Assembly: GCA_002633005.1 (NCBI GenBank)
Contig: NMRA01000002.1
Location: 2,862,687-2,926,686, forward strand
Direction: 5' to 3'
DNA from: Phoronis australis
Lineage: Eukaryota; Animalia; Phoronida
DNA: 64,000 nucleotides
How positions within the stretch are numbered: position 1 is the stretch's first letter; each line of letters starts with the position of its first letter. The translations under genes and the position numbers were made by a program. This document shows positions 1-13,300 of this stretch, piece after piece. The notes beneath the pieces were generated by a model that worked only from the letters and a program-made list of their open reading frames with translations, had not been told where the DNA came from and made no database searches.

Positions 1-269
1 GAAAAGTGCCAATGCGCAGCAGTTTGGCAGAATTTCTGAAAATTAAATAATTACCAATTACAAGAGTGATAAATTCCTCATCTAAAAATCGGGGGGGCAT
101 ATTGCGCAACTGGAAAAACATCAATCTCCCGACCGACCAAAATTAGGCCTTCCGGACGATCGAAAACTCGCCATGAAAACTTGGCCTTGACTTGGAGAAA
201 ACAACTCGATGAGATGCGCACGCATCTAAACTACATCCTGTCCAAATTTCATGTTTGTATTTGAGAGTA

Positions 270-3200
270 CGGTAAAGTCGCGTGATTTTCGGACACTGAA
301 AATTAATTCCAAGAGAAAAAAATCATTCTTGGACGAATCTCGCGAAATATCATTTTGTGGTGTCCGAATTTGGCGGACCTCCAAATTTGGGTTTCCGCTA
401 GTGTCCGAATTTCGTGGGTGTACATTATTTCGATGAGCGGTCGTAGTATCAACAATGCTGGCTCGGTCATTTGATAGCAGTATAATTGCAGGTAAATGGG
501 ACTCAAATGGTCTGAGCGATTAATTTTTGAAAATCTGGCTTTCCCAATAAGAAATGTGCGTCGTCGACGCACAAAGACCGTTCCCAACAAGTGTTGGTTC
601 TTCTTTTCAAAGATGTGCTTTCTCAATATGAAATATTCGGCTTGCATTGCCGATGCTCAAAAACCGTTCTCGGCAAGAGACGGAATCTTTTCAAAACTGC
701 GCTATCTCACTTGAAATATCGGCCGGGCTGCGTTGTGAAGAGTCTTCCTGGTGACAAATATGGGCTTTTCAATGAGTGGGTCTGGTTTGCGTTGTTGACG
801 CACATGAAACGTTACAGACAACCGATTCTCTTTTGTAAAAATGCGTTTTCTCAATAAAAAATGTCGAGTTTGCGCTGTCAACGCATGGTTTCCCAATAAA
901 AAGCTGGACTTGCGTATTCGGCGCACAAAGAGGGTTCCCGACCATCAAAACATGCGCTTTCTCAATTTTAACGAATTTTGCATTAAACGTAACAGTAATG
1001 GATGTGGGAACGAGTTCAGTGAAGAAAGTGACGAACAATGACAAGAACATAGCATATATTTATGTTTGTTAAACGTATCCATGCATTGTCTGCTGGTTAC
1101 AAACCGAAACGCAAGTTAACTCTGACACGTTTATTTCCATATTATCTGAAAGCTCAGTTTCAACATAAAAACTTTGATTGAACAATTACCCAAAACAGAT
1201 TAAAAAGACAATCATGATAATAAAACGAGTAGTTTCTCATCTACTCGTGATCCCCATTTGTCGTCCTGGTAGTCGTCTGAATTGTTGAAGAAGCGCTGTC
1301 GTTCTACATGTTTAGGCCTACTGCAAACGATGGGAATGCGTCGACTAGTACAGTGCTGCGCGGCTGAAGACACGATTAACTAACATATTGTATATATAAG
1401 GGCGTTGACTAGAAAGCAAATGCAATTTCAAATGCTACCAACATCAAATTCACCCAACCGTTTTTTTACAATTAAAACCTTTCTCATCCACAGCCTTTGA
1501 AACGCCCGATATTAACTCAGTGATACACTGGCGCGTCTTCATGCAACTGAGGTGACCTAACACATCTGGGTTCGCTTACGTTTTCAACCACAGTGAAAAC
1601 TCTGACTTGTGAAATCTGTTTGTGGATGAAATGAAACTGATAATCGTTAGCATTTTCTGATAATCTGCGAGGAAGATAACAGGGCCGTTTCTTCTGGTCG
1701 TCACCAGTTTAGCGCCGTCCACGGTCATCACCAATTTCGCGCAGCTCAGTCTCCCTCAGTCACTACTAATTTACGCCGCCACCCCTCCCCCCCCCTCGGC
1801 CTCCTGCTGCACACCAATGTCGATTTTGTGCCACTAATTCTAAGGGAGTCTGCTTGGTGCAACCCCCTGCCAAGACCGTTGTTGCGCACGTTGATACAAT
1901 AGGCTACTGGGCAGATCACGACTGTTAGGAGAATCGACTAGTGACGACCTGAAAAGAAAAACGAAAGCACTCAATTTGGGACAGGTGAACTCATGAAGGA
2001 CGTAAACCAGGCAATTCAAGAACCGGTCTACTATTTATATGCTTAATTTTCTTTCTTGATAAACATTTAACCAATTACAATTCATCTATGTCGACCCTTT
2101 TCATTTCATTGCGTCATATATTTGCTACAGTCTGGTAACATTTAAAGTATGAACAGTCGCGAGTTTACTGAAGTCTCATTATAAGTACAGAAATGTTGTT
2201 GAAGAATAACAGTGACTATCTGAAGACAGGAATACATAACAAAATAAAATATAGAAGCACCAAACAAAAATCAAAACGACACTTACCTGTTGCAATAACG
2301 CCTTAAATGCGAACGTACTGACCGACTTGCATGAACGGAATGTTAGTTGAACATGTTAGTAGAACAAAACTGTCTCAATGAAATTTTCATGGTTTACAGG
2401 TTTAAGAAGATCCACCGTAGATTTCCGTATATAAGTCCAGGAGAATATATGGCCAATTTGCGTATCTTAAATTTTTCCCTAAAATATACCTGGGATGCAT
2501 ATCTGAGAATAAAAATGCATGCTTGAAATCTAAAAATAATGCTATTCCCACTAGGATATAATTAGGGTGAGCTACAGTATTTATACTGTGTTCGTGTATT
2601 CGGCATTGCTGAGTATAGGCCCTGGTGTATTTTTACATAAGACGTTTGGTTTCCCCAACTTATATACGGAAATCGCTGGTAATACTTCCCAAAATTATTT
2701 ACCCTTGCTGCAAGTAAGGCATCACCTCGGGTAAAAATAGAACAATAATAATTAGCAATGTAACAGTCAACACAATTAAACACACTTACAGCTGAAATGC
2801 CTCTAAAACTATATTAAGTAATACAAAAAACATGGTCTGTAGTTTAAGATCACGTTTCTTTTTTGTCTCAAAACTATCAACTGAAGGCGGTAACATGGAC
2901 AAGAAGGCAAGGTCCTGTGGAAAGTAGATATCGAACTCCGGGTCGGAAACACTTATCAGGTTCCAAGCCCGTTGCATCGGACTCCAGGTCCTGTATTCTT
3001 GTTAGCCTACCCCTAGGACCACAAGAAGCAACGACTACCAAATCTGATTCAACTGACTTGTCATTTTTCGAAATGATTGGTGGAGGATTTTCTTAGCCGC
3101 CGCAGACAGAGAGTGCCACAGGGTCCCGGTGTCCTTGTCGGGATTCATCTTAATCTCGGGACACCATGGAGTTCAGGGTGTTGTACCTCAGACGGTACAG

Positions 3201-4537
3201 GGTGTGAATTAACAAGACCACAAGTACACAGACCAGTGGATGAGCAAGCAAAATTGGGTCGCCGCAAGTTAAATCTTTTTTAGGTTTACATCTGGGGTAA
3301 AGCTCGTAACGCTAGAACTTCGCTAAAAAGCAAGAATTCATGAAATTACCTGATGTATTGGGTTTTTGAATTGAAAGCGTGATTTTGGCTAGATTTTTGT
3401 ATTTCCCAAGACAGCTACTGAACTCTACCCTAGTCTGCGACCAGGGGCGCAAGGGTGAGAATCTCACGAACACGCTAGACTGAAGACGTCGAGACGTTTG
3501 GTGAGGCATTGCAAACGAAGCACACGATCACACTATCTTCTTTAGTGAGATTCTTGCATCTGCGATGCTTATCAGAGAGCAACAGACAATTTGTAAGGGT
3601 AATGAAACGTGGTTACGTAGATGTACATTAGTTTTTGATATGTGTTATAGCACACCGGCGCTTACACAACATAGGACAGGGATGCAATGTCTCTGTAACA
3701 ATTGCGTGTGCGCCGCGCCCCTTTCCGAGTGCTGGGCCTTGCACTATGTTTGATTTTTAACCAGCTTTACTTTGGCTCCGTCTCATTCGGCTTCTGCTGT
3801 TCACTATCTACACTACTTTGAACGCGCGATATCCTACGGACAGACTTAGCTGTGGCCTATTGTGTAATGGGGGCCTAAACAAAAAATATTTCTCATCACG
3901 ACAAGAATAAAATCCGGACACGTCGTCGGGAGATTTTAGACACTAACAAGGGCATTTGCAAAGGCCAGGACGTTTTAAAAATAAAAACGTTTCGTAAACA
4001 CGCAAGTTGATGTCAGGCGTGCAAGTTCAATGTCACAGTCGGAAGTCGAACAGCACGGCCAGAGCACATGTTACGCTACAACGAAAAGTTGCAGCCTTCG
4101 GTGTATTTCCTATTTGTATTTTCATCAGAAATTTCCGTCATGCGGAACTCGGCGATTCTTTTCATAGCTAAAGCGCCAAACACAAGCTAAACGCAAGACA
4201 ATCGAGTAACGGTCGTGACATCGTCAAGACAAGGTAAAAATTACAAACCCGATATACCGATTCTCGGACTCAAGCCGTATACAGTAGTAATCATCCGTTG
4301 AACGCTTTAGTGACACGGGAGTTGTGTCGATCCCAAATTACCGTTTCTAAAAAATTTTCCTTGTCCGAAAGTCGCAGGACAAAAATCCGACGTTTATGGC
4401 ATTGTCCGAAATTTGGGGATAGTTGAAAAACATTTTTTGACCTTGTACGAATTTCGTGGACTATGAAAAACTTATTTCGGAAATATTTATTCTTGGTCGA
4501 AAATGGCGGGCCGTCCGAAAATCACGCGACTTTACCG
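270..4537. mobile_element. 4.27-kb TA-flanked TIR DNA transposon (Tc1/mariner/pogo superfamily), no intact transposase seen
   Basis: Perfect 25-bp TIR cggtaaagtcgcgtgattttcggac / gtccgaaaatcacgcgactttaccg; TA TSD; subterminal gtccgaa repeats; interrupts a repeat whose uninterrupted copy is at ~5716-6262. Confidence 0.9.
2415..2681. mobile_element. ~270-bp MITE nested in the 4.27-kb element
   Basis: Inverted repeats gatttccgtatataag (2420-2435) / cttatatacggaaatc (2659-2674). Confidence 0.6.
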
Positions 4538-4821
4538 TATAGTGCTCTTTTGGATAGGAGGAACAAGAGGTACTTTTTCGAAAGTTGATCGCATGGCGGA
4601 AAATCGTGCGCTAAAAAAAGCTTACAAAAATGATTTATCAGCGATAATTTGAGACAAAAAGATTACAAACTTACAAATAAAGACTAAGGTAACGATTTAT
4701 AACACAACATTGTCCTATAGTTAACTTTAAAGTCTGAAATCGGGTAATTTACAGACGTGGGTTTTACACGGAGGCAGATATGGAGCACCGTGACCTACTT
4801 TTTGATTGTCCTCCCTACTAT

Positions 4822-6262
4822 TAGGGAGGACAACATTTTTAAAATCTTTTTACAATACCCATGTGTCATATATTTTTGAAAAGCCCTTGGTGTGAGAAAT
4901 GAAATGGTGCAAAAATCAGAAAAATTGGATGAGCGGTTGACGAGAAAATGGCCGTTGAAACGCGATGATTATGCGTAAAATATCTGCCTTTTTACATAAT
5001 TTCGTAAAAAATAACAGAATATACATGTGCTGCATATAAAAAGATTCGTCTCATTGAGACAAACATGATGGTGTGTATTACATAAATTTTGGATTGATTT
5101 CTACCGAGATATTGCTGTTTAAGTGTGTTGTTATAGCATATAGAACAGACTCATCATGTTTGATGAAAACAATGGATTACACAGCTTAAAAGGTAAAGAG
5201 CAAAGACACCACATCAGCTCAGAAATAAATACATCTGAGCTAAGAGGAAATCATCAAATCACAAGATCACATTGGTGAATTTGGGGGGGGCAAGGGGGCC
5301 TGGCCATATTTCATTTGCTAGTTCGAGGGTGCAAATATCTTACGGATAAAATTCTGCTTAATACTCTGCCCTGCCCCCCCCCTCCTATATAAAAATCCTG
5401 GATCTGCTGCGAATACTACTACATGGGCAACACATCATGGCTCGACAGTGACAGGGGGCTGGGGGAGGCTATATAGCTCAGTGTTGGGTGCCACCCATGT
5501 ACTATTAGATCGTATCATGGCAAAAAACATCAGAAAGTAGACAAAAGACCATTTGGGAAAACAAATCACTCTTAACATGAAGGATTTCATCATTTACGCA
5601 ACAAAAACTTTGTAACAGCTTTATGTCGAACGGTGAAGTTGCGACGCCATTGAACTTCAACGTAGCCGCTGGTGGCGCTGACATGCGGCGACATAGTGAA
5701 CTAACGACTGCTGTTTGAAAAGTGCCAATGCGCAGCAGTTTGACAGAATTTCTGAAAATGAAATAATTACCAATTAAAAGAGTGATAAATTCCTTATCTA
5801 AAAATCGGTGGGCATATTGCGCAACTGGAAAAACATCAATCTCCTGACCGACCAAAATTAGGCCTTCCGGACGATCGAAAACTCGCCACGAAAACTTGGC
5901 CTTGACTTGGAGAAAACAACTTGAGGAGATGTGCACGCATCTAAACTACATCCTGTCCAAATTTCATGTTTGTATTTGAAAATATAATGCTGTTTTGGAT
6001 AGGAGGAACGAGAGGCACTTTTTCGAAAGTTGATCACATGGTGGAAAATCGTGCTCTAAAAAAGCTTACAAAAAATGATTTATCAGCGATAATTTGAGAC
6101 AAAAAGATTACAAACTTACAAATAAAGACTAAGGTAATGATTTACAACACAAAATTGTCTTATAGTTTACTTTGAAGTCTGAAATCTGGTAATTTACTGC
6201 TGTGGGTTTTACACAGAGGCAGATATGGAGCACCGTGACCTACTTTTTGATTGTCCTACCTA
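4822..6262. mobile_element. ~1.44-kb non-autonomous TIR element with TAG...CTA termini (Academ-like), tandem with copy 1
   Basis: TIRs tagggaggacaa / ttgtcctaccta; separated from copy 1 by 4 bp (ctat); superfamily inferred from termini only. Confidence 0.7.
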
Positions 6263-7044
6263 CCTATAGCCGTTTTCTAGCCACGCCGCACAGGCGTCCT
6301 CAGCTTCTGATCGTCCCCAATACACTATATGTAATACTACAAGGTATGACACTCCGGACTAGAAATTCCACGGGTACTTCAGTTCAGCCGTCCATAGCAA
6401 ACATCATCATCCTCTTCCTCGACATGGGACCTTATTTCATTCTGTTTGAACATACCTGGTATATAGCATGTAAGTAAGGGTGTGGATTGTTGTCACTGGC
6501 TGATGCTTGCCTTTGGATTGAGGTCATTCGATGTCTGACCCAGTTCAAAGGTCAAGTAGCTGGTAATAACACGCATCAGATAGTGGCATGATTGCGAACC
6601 TTGCCAGACTTCTGGCGCACCTAGATCTGAATTCAGGTGCATCTTTGAAAATATTTTATGGGGTAGCCAGTACTCCCCTTTGTGCTCATATGGTGTATAC
6701 TAGAGGTATGTTCTAACAAGTCAAAATAACCTCCCATGATCCTCAATATCTCAAGGTATCGGGCTGTTCCTCTTCACTTATCTACCTCGGCACTGGTTGG
6801 GTATAGTCGTCCCTGATTTAGAGAACCAGTTTGGTCATGTAAATAATGGAGCTGTTATTCAGTGATTGCCTGGTTGTCTAAACTAAGGACCGCTGTATCC
6901 GAGCCGACCAGTGCCTCCGCCTAGACTTATTTTGGAAACTAGCTCAATCGTACAATGCGTTTTTCTACCTCCGCAAATGAGGAGCAGTGATTTCAGGATG
7001 TAAGAATTATGTAAAATCATTATTTAATCCTTATATTTTCACAG

Positions 7045-7349
7045 AAACGCAAAAGTAAATCTAAAGGTGGTAAGCAAGCTAGCACATCTAAGCTAGCCAA
7101 CAAGCGACTGACCAAGCTTGCAAAGCAGGGCAAACTGAAGAAGAAAGTAAAGAAATACCGTAGTGTCATCCAGCAATCAACGCTTGGGGTTAAGTATGAG
7201 CAAAACAGCCTCAACTATCGTCAGCCAGGTCACCATGGTAACAGGGAGGAGGGGGAAGAGCCTGTTGATAACAGTGTAGATGTCGATGATCTGGACTACT
7301 TCGGCAGTGGCAATCAAGATGTTAGTTTTTTGGAGAATGTCGACGGAAG
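7045..7349 (+). CDS. NOC3L: NOC3L coding exon (basic N-terminus [10 protein letters not shown]...SFLENVDG)
   Basis: ttttcacag acceptor, AG|gtgcgt donor; open, K-rich then acidic; phase 2 joins the 11755 exon. Confidence 0.8.
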
Positions 7350-10300
7350 GTGCGTGGTAGTCATTGGTCAAGTCTACTGAGTCATCATTGATTTTCAGTT
7401 GTAGTGATTTTTTAGCAGTTTCTTAAAATCTGAGGGCTCGTCGCTTAACATAACATCAACTCGCTCATTGCGACAAGAAAAATTTCCAGGTCGTTAAATG
7501 GGAGCATAGGTCACCAAATGTTGTTGACGAGAACCAAAAATGAAATGAATGAGTTGCCCGATGTTACAAAATGAGGAAATTACCCAGACAGTATTTTTAT
7601 CCTAGAACTGAAAATTAGGAGTGTTCTATATGTACTTGGAGATGCCAATTTCCTGCTGTCGGGCCCAATATTCTATGTACAAGCTCACTTACTGAGGTAG
7701 GAAAAGACGATCGAGCCCTGGGTTTTTGCAGAAGTACTGAACAATTCAGACTGTAATATTTTGAGTTCGTGCTCATCCTGGGATCTTACCAAGTGGCCAA
7801 ACAAAATCTGTTAAGTCCGGTTGAAAGTGAGTTAATGACTCGTCGTGGCTCGTCACTAGAGCTGCAATCTCTTCTCACAACCTTCTGGTGATGCCTCAGT
7901 GGTCCATTATGTACAGAGTACCCACTGCATGTAGACCTAAATACATTGTGCATAAGTACAGTGGACTATGTAGAATGGTGTTAACAGCTTGATGTCTTCG
8001 TACATTAACAGTTCGTAATTCTCTGATGTTACAATGAAAGACTTGAAAGTTTTACAATACCTTTCGTTTGCTGAAAGTTATGTGTTTTTTGATGGCACTT
8101 AACAGTCGTTGTTTAACTCCAGTATACGTAAGACCGACCCCTATACACAATACAACTCAACAGGGATATACCCAGGTTTCAAAGCCCTGCTCGCCAGCTG
8201 GGCGAGTGAGCTAGAAAATCTACTCGCCCAGCCCGAAGTTCAGTCGCCCGGCCGTTTGCGTCTGTCACCACAAACTTGCTGCCAATGTCAATAAAAATCA
8301 TTGTTTCGTGCGTTGCTGTCACCATCTATTAGGGCTAGTATCATTTTTAGAAAATGCAGAATTCCTACCAAGAAACTTTTGACGTGGATGAATTCCCAGC
8401 AACGCAAGACGTAGCCTTGGCGCAAAGCTCCATACAATGTAGTAATGTACAGCCACGGCGCCGATGTGGATAAAAGACTGACCAGTAGTGTCATTAAAAA
8501 ATTAAAAAGTACACTCTTCCTTGAGTACACTAAATTATTTACAGTTGTTGAAATAACAGGCGTGATACCATTATTCTGCTGCTAAATTTGCAGCACTCAC
8601 TTTTGCCTCGGCTTCCGGCGCCATGTGTGTGTCACCCATTGGCCAGTTTCTTTGATCGCCGTTTCTTCAATCAACTGTCGTTCTTTCACGAGGTTGCGTA
8701 CACATCACAACGAATTGACGCAATTGATTTCTCTTCATTATAAAATTTTAATATTTTAATACCAGCAAACCAAACTTCAGAACAAATTTTGCTTGTCATT
8801 TTCTCCTGAGAGATGTCATGAACACGTAGGGAAATGGCGCGTGTGCGTGTCACCAGCGTACTGTTTTCAAAATGACGACATACATTTCTTTGTTACAAAA
8901 GGCGGAGAATGACCCAGAAAACAACATTTGTTAGATTGTTCTTCATTTAAACGACTGCAACGGGCAAGGTGAGTGGCGGTAGACTCCTAAATTTTGCATG
9001 CAACCCCTCGCCGGTCTTTAGTTCTGCATGTTGATACTAGTTCCACGGCGAGGTGGTGAGCAGAACTAACTGTACTGTATGCAATTTCGAGGACTGCCGG
9101 AGCTCAAGTTAGTGGAACTTAACTGTATTTTGACGGTAGTCTTCCAACAGCTAACTGGCTGGCTACACAGAATGATATGTCATTCAACACAGTAACTACG
9201 TTTTAATTAAATTTACACTTCGTCTTGTGTCTTGATGCCTTGTCTGTGTCCTTCTCTACCAATCAGATTCAAAAACTTCTCTTGTTTTCATAATAATCTA
9301 TGTGATATTTTCTTTTTTTTTTCGACGCAGTTTGCTCATAAGGAGGACTGACTCCCTCTAAAAACGTCAAATGTTACACTCGACAAATAAAAGTAAGAAC
9401 GTGCAAGACAATAGCACGTGCACCTGCCATGCACAAATCAACGCCCTTATCACGATTCTACATCGGACTAGAGCAGTTTTCAATGGGTGGGAATAATACC
9501 GTACTCGTCCGGGTTATGGCCCATGCTCAGCTTACCGCCCACCTCCATTTTTTCATGATTGAGACTTCTTTAAAAGTGTCTGTGCTTCTGTGAATGCTCG
9601 TCGCACAACATTAGATTCCAAAACGTGGGCAACTCGCTTACCTTTCTGTGACACTCAGTTTTAGCGGAACCGGAACCTTGCCTTACTATGACGGTAAAAT
9701 ACCCGTATTCTCATGCCCTTTACTGAAGGAGACACAATTGTTTCCTTTGGCTCGCGTGCGCAACTCGTGGCGGCAAGTACTCATCACTGAGAGAGAGCGC
9801 TTGTCGAATTTATTTCATTGTCGTGGAAGAACCAGCAAAGCGGTACTTGACAGGAATTTCACGTCCTTGGCCAACCTTTCTGTGATTCCCCGTGACAGTT
9901 CACAAAACATAACCACCCTGAGCACTGAAATAAGAAAAAGCAAGGTCTATTGTGACAAGCCAACTTGTCTCGCTGTTCCCCGTCTTGGCCCCGTCTTGGG
10001 TAAACGCACGTTTTTAATGACTTTCCTTCCTGACACCAAAATAGAAGCGCCTAACCTAAAGAAACAGCGCAAGAAATCAGCTTGTCAAAAAGCGCGAGTC
10101 AAACATTCTGTCCACATCCACATGGTCAAAAACTTATTTTTGAACTTTTGATTTGTCTGATGACTTTTTTACATGATGTGTTTTTGCTTCATTATTTTGG
10201 CAGCCGACCATTCACCCCTATTGCCTAATAGTAGTATCCACGATTGTTGAGCATGTGCTTTGAACAAGAGCGGTGTTGGCTTTGAACTAAAAAAAAGAAA

Positions 10301-13300
10301 TATATCATGTATATAAAATGTTACATTATTCTAAGTTCAAAGTATTCAGTAAGAACACCTGGCAATCATTAGCACGTGTTTGGTTGCCTAGGTGTCCAGC
10401 GGGAGGCAAATCTTTACAAAATCAAATGCTTCTCTTAGAAATACACCATGAACTAGCGGAGTCTTGCTTAATTGATCTGTCTTTTCTCTCGAGAGCCTTG
10501 CCCTACTGAACGCCCGTCTACTTGTAGGAATACCTTAGTTCTAAGCTAGGAACCAGTAAGAGACCAATTATAGGATTAGCCACACAGCTATGCTTTGTTG
10601 TTTGCCGCGTTGCTATTCCTTCTCTTGTGGTTCCTAGTTCTAAGAGATGACGAACAACGACCGAGGTACATAAAAACCCAATCACGCTCGGGATCACGAC
10701 ATTAGTGCATCGTGTGTGCTTTTCCACTACAGGCTGTCAAAGTCCATTACTTCAATCCCCAAACCTATATTTTAACTGATATGTTTGAAGTCTGATGTCA
10801 GTGTTGGTCCTTGAGGGTAAAATCGGTCCTCCGTGCAGTAAGCAACAACTCAAGACTTTTCAAAAATTTCAATTTTAACCACCCATGCTCGGCTTACCGC
10901 CCAGCCCCTGTTTTTTAGATTCCCAATTTAGGAGCACTGGGCGGTAATGCAGATGAGTACGGTACTCATTGTTTTGCCAGTGACCGCACCGAGAAACGCT
11001 GTGCTGTACTGCTAAATCACATAGCTGGACCAAAATACGGAAGAAACCTTTGCATCAGGTAATCTTATGGCCACACCAAAGAGACTCTATACGAGTATGA
11101 TCAATCTAGCTAAAATTGTGATACGTTATTTTGATAATAACGATAACATGGACAACCATTTTATTGTATATTGTGTGTTTTAAATGTTCTGATTTATAAA
11201 ATAATTTTGGCTAAAATGACATTGTCCACAAGTTCCTTCATCCACGACTACACACTGTGATCTTTTGTCTAAATGAGCCGCGTAAGGGGTGACATCTACT
11301 GAATCGGCTGGAGTGCACTGCGCCAATGTTTTTTTCTGCCGGAGCATCGACATGGTGACCAAACTGAACCTTTGTTTTCATGATAAAAACAGCACAAGGA
11401 GGAGAAAATTTATCCATTTGCTTTGCACTCTGAAAATTCACTTGCCACCTGGGCGACAACTTCTGGGTCATTTTGTTGTTTTCTTTTGGCTTGTACTGCG
11501 CTGTCGTAAAATTGAATGTATTGAAATCAATGTTGGTAATTATTCTTTCCACTCATGATGAGATTCTACCATTCTTGGTTTTAGCAGTTTTTATTATGCG
11601 TCTTTTCATGTGATACGAGGTAAAATTTTGTGAATTTTTGAAAAATGACAATTTTGGCAATTAATAATTTTTCGTAACATGTTTTTTTACGAAATTACTT
11701 CTGAAAATTTATCTGGTTGTTACAGTGTGTCAATTACTGTAGTTGTTGTTTCAGCAAGGAGCGGTTTGATAGCTACAAGCGGAAGCGGCTTGCACCAGAC
11801 CTGGAGGAAAATTACGAAGTCATTCCGAGAAAGAGGCTGGGACACGACAGTGCGGAGATGAAGGCGTTGTTACCGATTAAAAATAGGAAAGGCATTGTTC
11901 CGCAGATGATCGAAAAGTCTAAACTTGGTCAGTTTGAGGTGCATGGTTGTACAGGGTGACCAGAAAATGAACCCATAAAAAATTAATTCATTCTGTTTGA
12001 ATCCATTAATTTTTTTTCAACCTCAGTCTGTGGATGATCTTTCCACAAGGTTTTCCATATGAGTCGGTGTGTGATGATTTTTTCGTTCTTTCCTAGAGAA
12101 TTGAAATTTAGAATTTTATTCAAAATCTGGTGGTTTCATTTTTTTGGTCACCCAGTGAAATGCAGTGTTCTTAATGCATTTGTCGAAAGACATATGACGT
12201 CGTTATTTTTTGGGTATGTTGAGGGGAATGAGAGAGCGTACTTAGTGTTATTTCCGTAATAATTGAACTTGAATTACTCGATTTACAAGGCAGTTTTGAT
12301 GGTGAGCAAATAACAGGGCTGAAATTGATGTGTGCTAATCATTTGTGATATGTCTTCGTTACATGCCTGTGTAAATACCAGTCAGGGTCAAAGTGGAAAC
12401 AACCGTGCTTCGTGTGCTTGCACAAGACGTGTGTCCCGTCAGATATGTGTGAATAGAAGCTCACAAGGATCAACTCTTCGTAAAGAGTTCTTGTGTGAAT
12501 GCTAAACAAGTTTTTCAACAAACTAATTGTTACCTACTGCTCTATTGATGTACTCAGTTCTTACTGCTGTCTATTGACAGTCAGATGAGTTCTTTTTGTA
12601 TACTTTTGTGTATGTCTTAGATTGGTCACATGGTGATCCGCTCTATGCGTACGATATAAATGCGCGCGTATCTACTTAACTTTGGGGCAGTTGATGGTCG
12701 GTGAGGCTTTAATGAAGTGTCGCATTATGCTCCTTGAGTCCGGCTGACGCTATTCTTTTACTTGTTCATTACGTCAGATGTTTCTAAGTTGCGTTGTTAA
12801 ACAAAATATTTAGTGGTGTCTTCCATCTTTATTTTCATTCTGTTCCCTCGCACTTGCATCCAGATTATTGATATCACAGCCATGCTCTCTTAGTTTATCA
12901 ACGCTATACACAAACGACGATTACGAAAGGCGTAAATGCTAGACGTGCTTGTCAACTTTAATTTTAGTGACAATTCCAGACATTCCTAAAGATGACGTCG
13001 TAGAGCAAGAGAAACTCGTTAATGGCCATAAAGAAGAAGATGGTGAACTAGGTGACCAAGAGGTGGAGCCACTTCCTGAGCTCACCACAGCTGAATTGTT
13101 CGCACAAAGGCAAGAAAAACTAATGTTGGCGAAGGAACAGATTGCTGCCTTATCCAGTGCTATTATTGAGAATCCCGAGGAAAGTGTAGGTATTACCTAA
13201 ATGAAACAAATTTGGAAAATTGATACATCTTTGGTGTATGAAGTTCAAAGAGTTAAATACTAAAATCAAAATCCAGTTTTGACTGAATTTGACCATGAAA

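Larger units (their letters stand above)
1..4817. mobile_element. 3' part of a TAG...CTA TIR element (copy 1; 1-269 plus 4538-4817), interrupted by the 4.27-kb element
   Basis: 1-269 plus 4538-4817 align with 5716-6262; ends in ttgtcctcccta. Confidence 0.8.

Noticed and set aside
5505-5936. 143-aa minus ORF
   Set aside because: Lies within a non-autonomous repeat, starts at GTG rather than ATG and shows no protein motifs.
9648-10151. 167-aa plus ORF
   Set aside because: Inside a TIR element; GTG start; no transposase or other motif recognised.
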